A stretch of 64,000 bases of DNA from Octopus vulgaris (Eukaryota). Under the pieces are notes generated by a model, which worked only from the letters and a program-made list of their open reading frames with translations, made no database searches and had not been told where the DNA came from. Shown here one piece after another: positions 1 through 12,808 of the stretch (its first letter is position 1; each line of letters opens with the position of its first letter). The translations under genes were made by a program, and so were the position numbers. The stretch is from positions 38,316,001-38,380,000 of the forward strand of contig OX597830.1 in NCBI GenBank assembly GCA_951406725.2, given 5' to 3'.

Positions 1-699
1 TAATGTTTATGAAGTCTCTGAATTTCTATCTCAATTACATCTGACATTTGATGTGAAAGACTTTTGAAATTATATGACCTTTGAAGTCATATCGATATGG
101 AACGTCACTAAACGCCACTGAGTAAAATATCGAATCGAATTATAATTTTTATAGGAGTTTTCTGATTAACTTTAATTAGATTCATGACCTGCAAATTAAG
201 ATGCGCAAAACTTTTGCAAATTTATAAGTGACTCATACGTGTCGTAGTATAGTCACGGATATATTCAAATATACATAAGTATTTGCATACATATAAATAT
301 ATACATATATCCACTCTCGCTAACAGAGGCATTCACATATGCTGATCAACATACAGAGTTAAAATTATACCTTCTTATACGTAGCGAACAGAGAAAAAAA
401 CAGGAAGAAACACGAAAACACACACATTTGAAAAAAATAGATACATACTTACAAATGCAATGCCTGATGTATTTACGCCGAAGTATACCAAAAAACACGC
501 ATACATAGAGAAACAAATACAAAATAAGGACCCGAAGCAGTGCGTCCTTGTCACCAAGTTATATGGTAGTATTATTTGCCAGGAATTCGTTTAATATGTA
601 AAGGGGTCTATGTATTTGGGAATATATGATGGATTTAGTGTGATATTGATGAAAGAGCAATTTTGAAATATGTTCGTACACCCATTACATATGTTTTCT

Positions 700-1645
700 C
701 TCTTCGTAGTTTATGTAGTTTTCGGGTGTGTGTGTGTGTGTGTGTGCACATGTGTGTGTACTATATTTGTTGTGGTGAAGTGTGTGTGTGTACGTGTGAA
801 TGTGTGTATGTATGTTATTTTTCTGTGTAGTGCGTGTATATGTTTGTGTGTATTATTGTGAGTGTTTTATTTGTATTGTATGTGCAGTGTGTGTGTATAC
901 GTGTGGGTGTGTTTGTGTGTGACTGTGTGTCATGTATTTGACGGTGTGGTGTGTGTTATTGTGTGTGCTGCTTCTGTGTGTGTATGTGTGTGTCTGTGAG
1001 TGTTTGCTGTGATTGTTGGGATTATATTGCGTGTATATATGTGTGTGTGTATGCTTCTTTGGATGTGTGTATGTGATTTTTTACTGGGGAACGGGCATAT
1101 TGTGTTTGTGTGCGTGTGTACGTATGTGTGTATATATGCGTGTGTGTGGGGAGGCTGTGTTGTGTTTGCGCTTTTGTGTGTGTATCTGTGTATGTGTGGG
1201 TTTGTTTGTGTAAGTGTGTCTTGTCAGGACGGTGTGTGTAGGTGTGTGCATGTACGTGTATACATGTGTGTGTATGTGTGTATCCGTATGTGAGTGTTGG
1301 TCGTGATTGCTAGAATCGTATTGCATGTGTATATATAAGTCTTTTTTCTTGGAGAGTGTGTGGGTTTGTGCTCGAGCGGGGGGATATTGTGTTTGTGCAT
1401 GTGTGTGAATGTGTGTGTGTTTGTGTGGGAGGTTTGCATTGTATTTGTGCGTGTGTTTGTACATCTGTGTGTGTTTGTTTTGGATGTGCACCTAGGGGTA
1501 GGGTAAAGAAGGAAAATATACTTATTCAAAAACACAAACAACAACTCAACATAATCTAACATACAGCCCACCAGGTACACATCCATAAGAAACACACACA
1601 AATGGATAAATACACATAAAATGCAAACCTCTTGCACAAACACAA

Positions 1646-1676
<31 letters not shown>

Positions 1677-2285
1677 TAAACACAATATCTCCAGGCTCAA
1701 GCACAAACACACACACATTCCAAGAAAACCTACACATATTTATGCACAAGCAATACGATTCTAGCAATCACAATCAACTCTTACATACATACACATACAC
1801 ACACCTCATCGTAAACATGTACATGCACACACCTACACAGACCGCCCCGACAATTACATGATACACACAAAACACACCCACCCATACACAGATACACACA
1901 CAAACACGCAAATACAACACAACCCCACTCACACACACGCATATATACACACATACGTACACAGACACAAGCACAATATACCCGTTCCCCAGTAAAAAAA
2001 AAAGCACATGGACACACTCAAAGAAAAAAACACACACACATATACACACGCAATACAACACAAACAATCACAGCAAACACTCACAAACACACACATATAC
2101 ACACGTACACAGACAGAAGCACGCACACACACACACAATAATGTACATCGCACTAACAAATATAAGACACATAGGCACACTCACACAAACGCACGCAATC
2201 ACACGTACACACATACTCTTCGTTACAACAAATAGAGCACACACATGAGCACACAACCCCGAAAACTACATAAATTACACCCACA
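700..2285. repeat. Large degenerate inverted repeat of TG/CA-rich sequence (arms ~700-1500 and ~1567-2285)
   Basis: Non-microsatellite anchors match in reverse complement: tgtagttttcgggtgtg (~713) / cacaaccccgaaaactaca (~2252); ttactggggaacgggcatattgtg (1081) / cacaatatacccgttccccagtaa (~1972); tgattgctagaatcgtattgc (~1303) / gcaatacgattctagcaatca (~1750). Confidence 0.8.
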
Positions 2286-2786
2286 TACATACACACACAC
2301 ACACACTCACACACAAATGCATACTCAATACAAACACACACGATATGTACACGAACACACATACACACCAGCCGGATAAACCTAACACACACACGGACAC
2401 ACAGAATCCCAAACATATACAACACACTTACACACACATACCGATGCACAGATACGCACACCACCTGCACAATTATAACACTACAAACATATACAGGCAG
2501 AGACACACACACATACTCACGTACATGCACATACCATACCCACTAACACAACACACAAACATACACACGCACACATACAGACGCATAAATACGCACACAT
2601 GAACAAACGCATACAAACACATGCCGATACAAAGCACCCTGACAAATACAAATAACACGCACACAAACATACACACATATACACTCCACACTGAACTCTA
2701 AGACTAGTAAAAAAAACTACACACAATCACAATTACATATACATACACACGTAGAATCGTGCATAGACACACACAAAAACTCATAC

Positions 2787-3021
2787 TACCTATTTCTTTA
2801 CTACCCACAAGGGGCTAAACACAAAGAGGACAAACAAGGACATACAAACGGATTAAGTCAATTAGATCGACCCCAGTGCGTAACTGGTACTTAATTTATC
2901 GACCCGGAAGGATGAAAGGCAAAGTCGACCTCGGCGGAATTTGAACTCAGAACGTAGCGGCAGACGAAATACCGCTAAGAATTTCGCCCGGCGTGCTAAC
3001 GTTTCTGCCAGCTCGCCGCCT
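2787..3021 (-). mobile_element. tRNA-derived SINE, family B (Nin-domain-like core)
   Basis: Minus strand reads ggcggcgagctggcagaaacgttagcacgccgggcg...gagttcaaattccgccgaggtcgactttgcctttcatcc...gtcgataaattaagtaccag, with a B-box-like gagttcaaattcc. Many homologues elsewhere in the window. Confidence 0.8.
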
Positions 3022-3530
3022 TCATACACACTCAAACTACCTTTAAATCTAAGACCATTCCAAATGCCACTGAACCATGACAGACTAGCCCAGACACAAA
3101 AAGATCCTTTTGATTCCAAAACGCTCTCCTCCAACAATTAGCCTGCCACAGTATTTCTGAAAATAGCGACAATCCCTTAAACATTTATACACTGGAGATG
3201 AAGGAAGGAAAGATTGTTCATTCCCTAAAATTCTGTATAGATACTTAAATAAGATTCTTTCTGTATATAGGCTTCTTTACAATCAGGATTTTTGAGGAAC
3301 TTAAAATAATTATGAATTTATTTCCCTACCTATCTTGAAGACATTTATGTAAACTGTTTAAACAAAAAGCCCCTCTTAACATTTTCTTATCATTATCAAA
3401 GATTGTATAACTGTATTTTAATACAATTATAAACTTTTTAATACAAAAAATGCCACACAAAGCCTTATATTTTAGTTTTGAAAATCTATTTTTTAAAGTG
3501 TGAAATCGGTCAACTCAATCATCTTTCCTA

Positions 3531-3534
3531 CATG

Positions 3535-3574
<40 letters not shown>

Positions 3575-3669
3575 AATATATACATATATATATATATATA
3601 CATATACACATATATACATATGTATGTACATATATATATATATATATATTTACATATATATATATACAC

Positions 3670-3727
<58 letters not shown>

Positions 3728-3729
3728 AT

Positions 3730-3798
<69 letters not shown>

Positions 3799-3800
3799 TG
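3531..3800. repeat. (TA)n microsatellite, representative of dozens of (TA)n, (CA)n and (TATC)n tracts
   Basis: Seen directly in the sequence. Confidence 0.95.
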
Positions 3801-3838
3801 CATATATGTAAATAGATCTCGCAGAAGCAAATGTAGGG

Positions 3839-4230
3839 GCATATGTGGCTGTGTGGTATGGAGCTTGCTTTCCAACCACAGATCCATTTCAGTCTCTGTG
3901 CGACACATCTTGGCCTGGTGTCTTCTATTATAGCATCAGACCGACTGAATCCTTGTGAGCGCATTTACTAGACAAAATACTGAAAGAAGCCTGTGACACA
4001 CAGACACACAGGCACAGGCAAACAAACACAACACACGCATTTAGAGAAAGATAGATCTCTGTGTATGACAACTGGTGTTAGTGTGATTTCGTCCCCTGTA
4101 AAACAGGGCAACTGAATAAGTACCGGTCTTGAAAAATAAGTCCTGGTGTAGATTCGTCTATAAGAATAGTTTTAAGGTGAGGCCACATCTTGGCCGCTGT
4201 GGAATGACTGAATCAAGTAAAAGATAAAAA
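3839..4230 (+). mobile_element. Degenerate SINE, family A
   Basis: Diverged match to 5151-5587 (gtggctgtgtggta...ccttgtgag...ctgaaagaagcc...aataagtcctgg...atgactgaatcaagtaaaaga). Confidence 0.7.
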
Positions 4231-4759
4231 AAATGTCGAACTGTCTCCATTGAATCCCGCAATTGAAATATATACATTACTTCTATATATATCTTACTAA
4301 TTTTAGTCCAATTATAAATGCCATTTTGAAAGTTGAAATACACTTCGTTCAATATTGCAACACAAATTCAGAATAACTTGTTCGCAATTAGCATCATGTG
4401 CATACGAACAGGGAAATAATTATTTACTTATATGCACAAATATATATTCGTTGAGCTTTTCCAAGTACTCACACATCGGATACACGCAAATACAACGTGC
4501 ACAAATACACACACATATATACACACACATCCTTTCTTATTATTTCACATTTATAATAGTATGCGGAGATATATATTTTTCATATATGTAACACAACTTT
4601 ATTTAGAAATATTGATTTTTCTTCTATAGAAATTACAACTGCCAGAATTTTAACAATTCTTACCTAATGAGGCTAACTAATTAGTCATATAGACAGACAC
4701 ATACATGTTCGAACGTAGGTACGTATTTGTAAATGAGTGGATGTATGCACACACACACA

Positions 4760-4829
<70 letters not shown>

Positions 4830-4988
4830 CACACACAGACACACACATATATTTGTATATACTTATAAGTTATATCATTGGCCTAGCGTTTAAAAATGAC
4901 CGTATCGGTAAAATTAATTTTTAAGTATACAATAATAAAAACATAATTACAATTATGTATATGTTCATGTATATCAATTTATCTATCC

Positions 4989-5109
<121 letters not shown>

Positions 5110-5150
5110 TGTGTGTATGTATATATATATATATATATATTTTCACATAT

Positions 5151-5307
5151 GAGTGGCTGTGTGGTAAGTAGCTTGCTAACCAGCCACATGGTTCCGGTTT
5201 CAGTCCCACTGCGTGGCATCTTGGGCAAGTGTTTCTGCTATAGCCCCGGGCCAACCAATGCCTTGTGAGTGGATTTGGTAGACGGAAACTGAAAGAAACC
5301 TGTCGTG

Positions 5308-5381
<74 letters not shown>

Positions 5382-5587
5382 TGTGTCTGTCTTTGTCCCC
5401 CTAGCATTGCTTGACAACCGATCCTGGTGTGTTTACGTCCCCGTCACTTAGCGGATCGGCAAAAGAGACCGATAGAATAAGTACTGGGCGTACAAAGAAT
5501 AAGTCCCGGGGTCGATTTGCTCGACTAGAGGCGGTGCTCCAGCATGGCCGCAGTCAAATGACTGAAACAAGTAAAAGAGTAAAGAGT
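5151..5587 (+). mobile_element. tRNA-derived SINE, family A (octopus-type, with internal (TA)/(TG) tract)
   Basis: tRNA-like head gagtggctgtgtggtaagtagcttgc...ggttccggtttcagtccc, internal microsatellite, and tail atgactgaaacaagtaaaagagtaaaagagt. Several copies in the window. Confidence 0.85.
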
Positions 5588-5674
5588 ATATATGTGTGTG
5601 TGTGTGTGTAAATATATAAATATGTGTGTGACTGAATGTGAGTGTATATGTGTGTGCACGTGTGTATGCATGTG

Positions 5675-5757
<83 letters not shown>

Positions 5758-6262
5758 GAAATAAGTATACATATATCGACTTGACAGAAGAAACAGAAAT
5801 CTCTGAAACACTATAAGGTAATTACAATACATGTTAGACGTAATATGCTCCCGCAGGTTTCTTTTTTCAACACCGAATGTCATAGTTACACCAAGGACGT
5901 TCTTTCAAGTAGTAGATCGTCAATGTTCTTTCCATAACAATATATATGATACGAATGTTATAAATAACCAAAAGCTAGAATTGGCCCAAGTATTAAGAAT
6001 GAAATATGCGTGGGTGGCCCGGAGTTAGAAGTGGTACAATAAATGTAATCTCTAGAGTATTAGCATCTTAACATATATAAAGACATACATCTCTGAATCA
6101 ACATCGTGTACAACTCATATATGTATGTGTCTGTATTTATATATATATATGCATACCTGCGTTACGTGCACATACATATATATACATATGTGTATATATA
6201 TGCATTATATGTATATATGCATATATATGAATATATGCATATCCATATATATATATATATAT

Positions 6263-6305
<43 letters not shown>

Positions 6306-6331
6306 TTATATATATATGTATGCATACATAA

Positions 6332-6397
<66 letters not shown>

Positions 6398-6409
6398 GTA
6401 TAAACTTAA

Positions 6410-6835
6410 TTCAGATTCAATAGGGTATATAAATACGAATTGCTATTAACAGAGCTATCGCACCAAGACCACCATATTACTCACCATTAAGATACACAAG
6501 GATAATACAATGAACATATCGAAAACAGTCTTATCTTGCGTGGGATGCAGAGGTAAGGAATGTGCATATCTAGGGATCAATTGATTTCGCCCTATGTATT
6601 AAAAATCACACTTTTAACTCATCAGTTGAAAATAACACTTTAACATCTATTTTTGAAATATTCATCACATTAAGTCGTATCTACTGAGATCCCTTACTTC
6701 TGTATTACACGCGAGGTAAGCTATTTCTGTTATGTTTATTGCATTGGCCGTGAGCATCTTAATAGTAAGTGGTGGTCTTGAAGCGATGGCTCTGTTAATA
6801 GTTATTGGTATTTATAGACTCTATTGAATAAGGAT
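6410..6835. mobile_element. Old fold-back / MITE-like element
   Basis: Left ctattaacagagctatcgcaccaagaccacc...attaagat matches the reverse complement of atcttaatagtaagtggtggtcttgaagcgatggctctgttaatag. Arms ~160 bp, spacer ~100 bp. Confidence 0.65.
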
Positions 6836-6922
6836 TTAGTTCATATTTTACCTGTGAAGGTGTAAATTGCTAGACACCTCACTATCATCATTATTATTAA
6901 TAAGGGTAACAATACTTATTTC

Positions 6923-6994
<72 letters not shown>

Positions 6995-7000
<6 letters not shown>

Positions 7001-7387
7001 ATAACATTCGTACATGCTACGACGAATTCTACGGTTGGCTATCGAGTTTGTAATGTTATGTTTTTTCTTATATTTCTTGAGTTTGTTGCACTGACGAACA
7101 TGAAATGCATATTCTGCATTAAATGCGGAATCACATGTGATATGTAACTGAATTCTTTTTTAAAATGATGTGTTTTGAAGTTTTGCATTCGGTAAATTTG
7201 TTTTTATTTTTAGTAGTTTTGACCGCGTTGGTCCCTCTTAGCGTGTTGGTATCTACGAATAGTAGTACTCTCAATATAATATAAATGAATATTTTCAAAG
7301 AGGAAGATTTTACGGTTTTTTCTCTTACGAGGTTTTTCACGCTGACTACTGATAATTTCTTTTAAAGATTTTATCCTCAATTGTTAA

Positions 7388-7391
<4 letters not shown>
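6995..7391 (+). mobile_element. Possible non-autonomous Penelope-related insert in (TA)n
   Basis: Flanked on both sides by (TA)n. Its 3' end ttttatcctcaattgtt resembles the end of the 38.9-40.3 kb element (ttttaccctcaattgtt). Contains ctgacga-acat-gaaa-tgca-ta at ~7090. Confidence 0.4.
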
Positions 7392-7455
<64 letters not shown>

Positions 7456-8044
7456 AAGTGGTTTGTATGATTGTGTATAGAGGGATATGAATTATTCAAT
7501 AAGTTCCAACTCTGTTTTGTACGTTTTATTTATATTCTTTATAATATTAATGTAGAATATAGAATACATAGTATAAATAATATATATATATAGTAAAATG
7601 AAATGAAGTATTGATTGTCTTATATATATATATATATATATATATAACAAAAGAGTGGGTGTATATGTATATACATGTTATGATTCAAATATATTAAGCG
7701 TTCGTTCCTCCTCACGAGGCTCTTTTCTTTTATGTATTTTTCATCCCTTTCATGAATATATGATCAAATATGGAATATTATTCTCAGAATTTTCTATGGC
7801 AGTGCTGTGGGAGTTTGGAGGCTGAAACGTCTCTTAGATGGTATAAAATTTTGTATTAAAAAATAATAATCGATGGTAGTCAATTTCTTGTTGATCAAGA
7901 ATTTATCCATATTTGATTCCTTATAAACTCCTGTTTATCTTTATTATTGCCTCTGTCCTATGAGCAAAATATGCTTTTATATATATGACCAGGTTTAACA
8001 TAGGTAATTTATACCGGTAATAATAACGGATATTCCACTAATAT

Positions 8045-8745
8045 GTTCGTCTAATGTCCATGCAATTACCCTTGCTCCCTATCTAAGGAGTGAAAGCGCC
8101 CAGATGTTGATAGCGTGGATCTTATTCCGTCCTTTTAATTTCGACTTAAGGATCAGTCTCAGTCTGCGCAAGTACTCCACCTTAATTTTTTCTGTCATTT
8201 CTTTCTCCATTAATTTATCCATTTCCAAAATCCCCAAGTACTTATAGCCAGTCTCTTCTATCTGTCCCATAACCTCCACTGACGGTATCGTTATTCTGTC
8301 CATAGATTTCATTTTGCCAACTCTTCAATATTAACACACCACACATTCTCAGTCCGAACTCCATTCTGATATCAGCACTAAAGGTATACGCCGTATCAAC
8401 GAGGAACTGACTTGGGCTTCATCTTTATCACAAAGTTTGAGGTCATCCATGAATAATAAGTTGTCGACATTTTCTTGGCGGCTTTTGAATACATACCTAG
8501 CTTTTGCTTTCCTCAGAATCAGTGTCAGTGTTATCAAGCACAAAGATCAGTGGGGACAAGTAGTCCCCTTGGTAGATGCCCCTCCTAATTTCTACTCTCC
8601 CTAAATTTCTTCTGTATGTTGTATGTTCTGTCCTCCATTTCGCCATACTTTTTCCAAACAATCGCTCAACATTCGATGCAATCCCCCAAAAGGGTCATAC
8701 ACTCCGTAATCCAAGTATGTGGGATCATATTGTACGCCGACTATC
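8045..8745 (-). pseudogene. Degenerate R4/Dong-like LINE reverse transcriptase fragment
   Basis: Frameshifted pieces LLFMDDLKL, YKYLGILE and EYLRRLRLILKSKL...NKIHAIN are homologous to the neighbouring 571-aa ORF. Confidence 0.8.
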
Positions 8746-8758
8746 GTAACGCGAACAG

Positions 8759-8812
<54 letters not shown>

Positions 8813-8816
<4 letters not shown>

Positions 8817-10690
8817 TAGTTTTATTTTTATTTTTATAGCGTGCTTTCACTTCACTACCGAGCGCAGCTCTGTGTGCCTTGGGTATGTGCTGTGATTTGT
8901 TGTAATGCTCTGATGGTTATTGTATGGAAAGTGTTCTGCGTAGGATGTGGGCAGTGCCTAGTAGTGCAATTTTCTGTATGTTATATGTGTTTGTAAGTCC
9001 TGGTGTTTTTGTTATGTATTTGTCTGAATATTTTTTTATCATGCCTAATGCACCTACTATGATAGGAATTGTTTCTGTTTTCAGATTCCACATTCTAGTT
9101 ACCTCTATTTCCAGGTCTTTGTATTTTGAGAGTTTCTCCATTTCTTTTAGAGACACGTTGTCATCTGCCGGTATTGATACATCAATTAAAAAGCATTTTT
9201 TTTCTTCATGATCTCTGACAACTATATCTGGTCTGTTGGCCTTAATTTCTCTATCTGTGTGTATCGGCATATCCCAGAGTATGGTTGCTTTCTCGTTTTC
9301 TGTGACCTTTTCTGGTGTGTGCCTATACCATCTTTTTTCTGTTGTTATTCCATAATGTTGGCATAGCTTCCAATGTATGTAGGTTCCAACTCTGTCATGT
9401 CTGTGAATATATTCCTTCTTAGCCAGGACTGGGCAGCTAGAGATAATATGATTTATTGTTTCTTGTCTATCTCCACATATTCTGCAGTTACTTGTAATAT
9501 TTCTTTTCATTACATGTTTTTGGTAATTTCTGGTGGGGAGGCTTTGGTCTTGTGCTGCAATTAAAAATCCCTCTGTTTCTGCTTTGAGTCCTGAGCTTCT
9601 CAGCCATTGCTGGGATTTTTCTTTGTCTATTTCTTTTGCGTTTAGTTTAGTGCAGTATTTACCATGAAGGGGCTTTTCTTGCCATCGTTTTATCATGGTT
9701 CTTTGCTGTTCTGTTTTTAGTTTGGATTTCATTTGTTTTATAGCTTTTGTTGTTTCTTCATCTTCTTCTTCTTCTTCATGTTTATTAGGTGGTATGATTT
9801 CTTGTTTGTATTTGTCAGCTTCCTTAAATACTGAGAACAGTTTTTTGTTTTGCTCGTGTTTCGCCGCTATCTGGATCAGTTTTCCTTCCTTCTGAAGTAG
9901 ATATTTTTGCAGTCCTATGGTGGTTATTTTATAGTAGTTTTCCAGCTGTATAAGGCCTCTACCACCTTCTATACGTTGTATATATAGTCTTTCTATGTCA
10001 GATTTTGGGTGATGCATCCTAGATCCTGTCATTATTTTTCTTGTTTGCCTATCTATTTTGGTCAGTTCATTTCGTGTCCAGTTAAGGATATTGTAACTGT
10101 AACTTATAACTGGGACAGCTAAAGTGTTGATACCTATTATCTTGTTTTTAGCATTGAGCTCTGTGTTTAGTATTGATCTAACTCGTCTATAATATTCTTT
10201 TTTTATTTTCTCTTTCATTTGTGTGTGTTGTGTCTTATCTAGTTCATGGATTCCTAAGTATTTGTAAGTTTGGCTTTGGTCTAATTCTTTTCTTTCATTG
10301 GTTTTATCTAGTGTGATGTTGTTACTCTTAACTAGTTTTCCTCTTTTCATGGTTACTTTGGCGCATTTTTCTAATCCAAATTTCATATCTATTTCTTTGG
10401 TAAATCCATGAACTGTCTTTAATAGTGTTTCCAGCTGTTTGTCATTTGCAGCGTATAGTTTTAGGTCATCCATATATAAAAGGTGGCTGATCGTTTTGCC
10501 GTAACATTTATATCCGCATCCAGTTCTATTTAGCATATCAGATAGAGGTGACAGTGCCAAGCAGAAAAGGAGTGGAGAGAGCGTGTCTCCCTGGAATATT
10601 CCTCTTCTAATGGGGATGTCTTTGGTTTTCATGAGTCCCTCTTTTGTTTGGAGGTGTAGGACTGTTTGCCATATTATTCATTTATTCATA
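8813..10690 (-). mobile_element. 5'-truncated R4/Dong-clade non-LTR retrotransposon in a (TAA)n tract
   Basis: Contains the RT-REL ORF and a ~100-bp 3' UTR. (ATT)n tracts on both sides (8760-8812 and 10692-10850). Confidence 0.88.
8917..10632 (-). CDS. Non-LTR retrotransposon protein: C-terminal RT, CCHC zinc knuckle and REL endonuclease (5'-truncated)
   Basis: RT motifs GIFQGDTLSPLLF, YMDDLKL and YKYLG; CRICGDRQETINHIISSC (CCHC); RHD; RPDIV...LIDVSIP...K..KYKDL (PD-(D/E)xK). 571 aa with no stops. Confidence 0.93.
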   Translation of the reverse strand: MKTKDIPIRRGIFQGDTLSPLLFCLALSPLSDMLNRTGCGYKCYGKTISHLLYMDDLKLYAANDKQLETLLKTVHGFTKEIDMKFGLEKCAKVTMKRGKLVKSNNITLDKTNERKELDQSQTYKYLGIHELDKTQHTQMKEKIKKEYYRRVRSILNTELNAKNKIIGINTLAVPVISYSYNILNWTRNELTKIDRQTRKIMTGSRMHHPKSDIERLYIQRIEGGRGLIQLENYYKITTIGLQKYLLQKEGKLIQIAAKHEQNKKLFSVFKEADKYKQEIIPPNKHEEEEEDEETTKAIKQMKSKLKTEQQRTMIKRWQEKPLHGKYCTKLNAKEIDKEKSQQWLRSSGLKAETEGFLIAAQDQSLPTRNYQKHVMKRNITSNCRICGDRQETINHIISSCPVLAKKEYIHRHDRVGTYIHWKLCQHYGITTEKRWYRHTPEKVTENEKATILWDMPIHTDREIKANRPDIVVRDHEEKKCFLIDVSIPADDNVSLKEMEKLSKYKDLEIEVTRMWNLKTETIPIIVGALGMIKKYSDKYITKTPGLTNTYNIQKIALLGTAHILRRTLSIQ

Positions 10691-10691
10691 A

Positions 10692-10851
<160 letters not shown>

Positions 10852-10854
10852 TTC

Positions 10855-11050
10855 AGTGCATGCCATCAAAGTGACACTGGGGTAAAATAGACGAAGCCCA
10901 GTATACCCATCATGACTACCCATCTGATAAGGGTACACCAAGCACATGCATCACAACCATATGTGCGTGACATGGTGATTTCATATCAAGATTAACAGCA
11001 CATGACCTTGCAGGTGGGTCCCAGTTAGAATTTTCTTCTGGTTGAGTAAC
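10855..11050 (-). mobile_element. Truncated copy of a (TAA)n-associated non-coding repeat
   Basis: Near-identical to ~54103-54295 (gcatgccatcaaagtgacactggggtaaaat...cccagttagaattttcttc). Embedded in (ATT)n. Confidence 0.75.
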
Positions 11051-11074
11051 ATAATTTTCTTCTGGTTTAGTAAC

Positions 11075-11109
<35 letters not shown>

Positions 11110-11135
11110 ATATTATTAATATATTATTATTATTA

Positions 11136-11188
<53 letters not shown>

Positions 11189-12371
11189 GATAGATACATA
11201 TAGTTATATACATATACTTATGTATATGTATTACTTATGTATATGTATATTTTCGTCCATGGTAGTGTTCATGACTGTGGCCAATAATCTGTAATATATG
11301 ATTTTGGGTGGATGTTTTAAAAGAATTTAGAATCAGAATATTAACTACTGTTTGTCTATACTTTTTGCGTTATAAGTACATCACCTTTTTTTGCGGGAAA
11401 TACTGAAGTGATTCCTCTGGACTATGATCCTGGGATTTGCGTGTTGTATTTGTTTGCATCTCAAGTGCAAGATATTTGTGGACTTTCTGATACGGATCAC
11501 TGATTTCAGAGCCGTTTGAGAGCTGGTGTTACTGGCACAAGATTTGAGATATGAAAAACTGGTTGAAGATTACATTTATATCATGGTGGATCAACTGTCC
11601 AATACGAAACTCATTTAGGAAAGATACATTATGTATGCAGGAAGCTTAATCTTATTTTCTATTGAAAAGTAATCTACTTGATCTAGTAACTACTTCAGTC
11701 AAGTGGCAGAGTCTAATATAATTTGTTTGTCTGTTTGTTTGTTTGTGTGCGTGTCTTTGTGCGTGCGCGTGTGCGTAGGTGTGTGTAGTACTTAAAAATT
11801 GTTCCCGAATAAATTTTATAATAATACAATTCAAACCGTTTAAAAATGAGAAAAGGTCGTTCAGCTTCTAGTGTTTTCTTTCATATTGTGTGTAACGTTT
11901 CGTTCTATCCCTAGACATTTCCTGTCTCGTAGATCCTCTATGTATTTCAAGAGAAATAAAAGAACCCTGCCGTCCATTGAAGTCCTTAGAATTTGCTATA
12001 AAAATCGCCTGTTGAATATGTGATCTACTGCATTACATTATTTCTGTCTACATATTGATTTATATGCTTGTATATTTGAGTGTATATATACGTAAGTTCT
12101 TGTACGTGTTAACAGGTCGACACGAAAATGAGTACGTATTAGTCAAAAATCCGGTATGACGAGATGCGATCTGCAATCTTAAAAATATTGCATAATCACT
12201 AATAAAATGTTTTATGTTCTCGCTATTGGAATGAAGGAATTTCAATGATCTTGTGTATTCATAGGTCTTTGTTGAATGCTCATAAGATAGGTGACTGTCA
12301 TAAACGGACCCAAAGGAATGAATGTGAGGCTAAACGCGATGATAAACGAATAATAATAATGATAATAATAA

Positions 12372-12445
12372 ACCTGTTGTCTCTTGAGGTCTCTGGGTGA
12401 GACTTGGAGCCAACTTGTACAAACATAAAGCAAAAGTCATACATA

Positions 12446-12485
<40 letters not shown>
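12372..12485 (+). mobile_element. 3' tip of a Dong-like LINE with (TAA)n tail
   Basis: tgttgtctcttgaggtctctgggtgagacttggagccaacttgtacaaacataaagcaaaagtca matches the 3' UTR of the minus-strand fragment at 60800-60875. Followed by (AAT)n. Confidence 0.65.
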
Positions 12486-12486
<1 letters not shown>

Positions 12487-12679
12487 TATATATATATATA
12501 TATATATAAGAAAGTTTGTTTGTGAAAGCACGTGGGTGAATATATAAGAAAATAGTAAAGAGTGAAAAAACGACAGAAGGCTTAAATGTTAAAGAATATA
12601 TATATTTGCGTCAATATGCCTGGAGAATATTGGAAAATTTTTTTTCCCTTCTTATAATGACATAATTTTATAATGTTTA

Positions 12680-12718
12680 AAGAAAGACCGGTTTCGGATT
12701 TAGCTCTTCAAATTTCTT
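12680..12718 (-). ncRNA. Minimal hammerhead ribozyme motif in the inverted pLTR copy
   Basis: Reverse complement of the 14627-14665 motif, with one stem II mismatch (gc-taaat-cc). Confidence 0.5.
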
Positions 12719-12808
12719 GCGACGTAATGTTTATCTTTAATAGCGTTATCCTTGTTTTTTTGCTACGGAGAGTTCTAAATAAGGGAAGGTAGTACGTGAT
12801 TTCTTCCG

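Noticed and set aside
5151-5225. tRNA gene
   Set aside because: It is a tRNA-like SINE head continuous with the SINE body; no complete cloverleaf.
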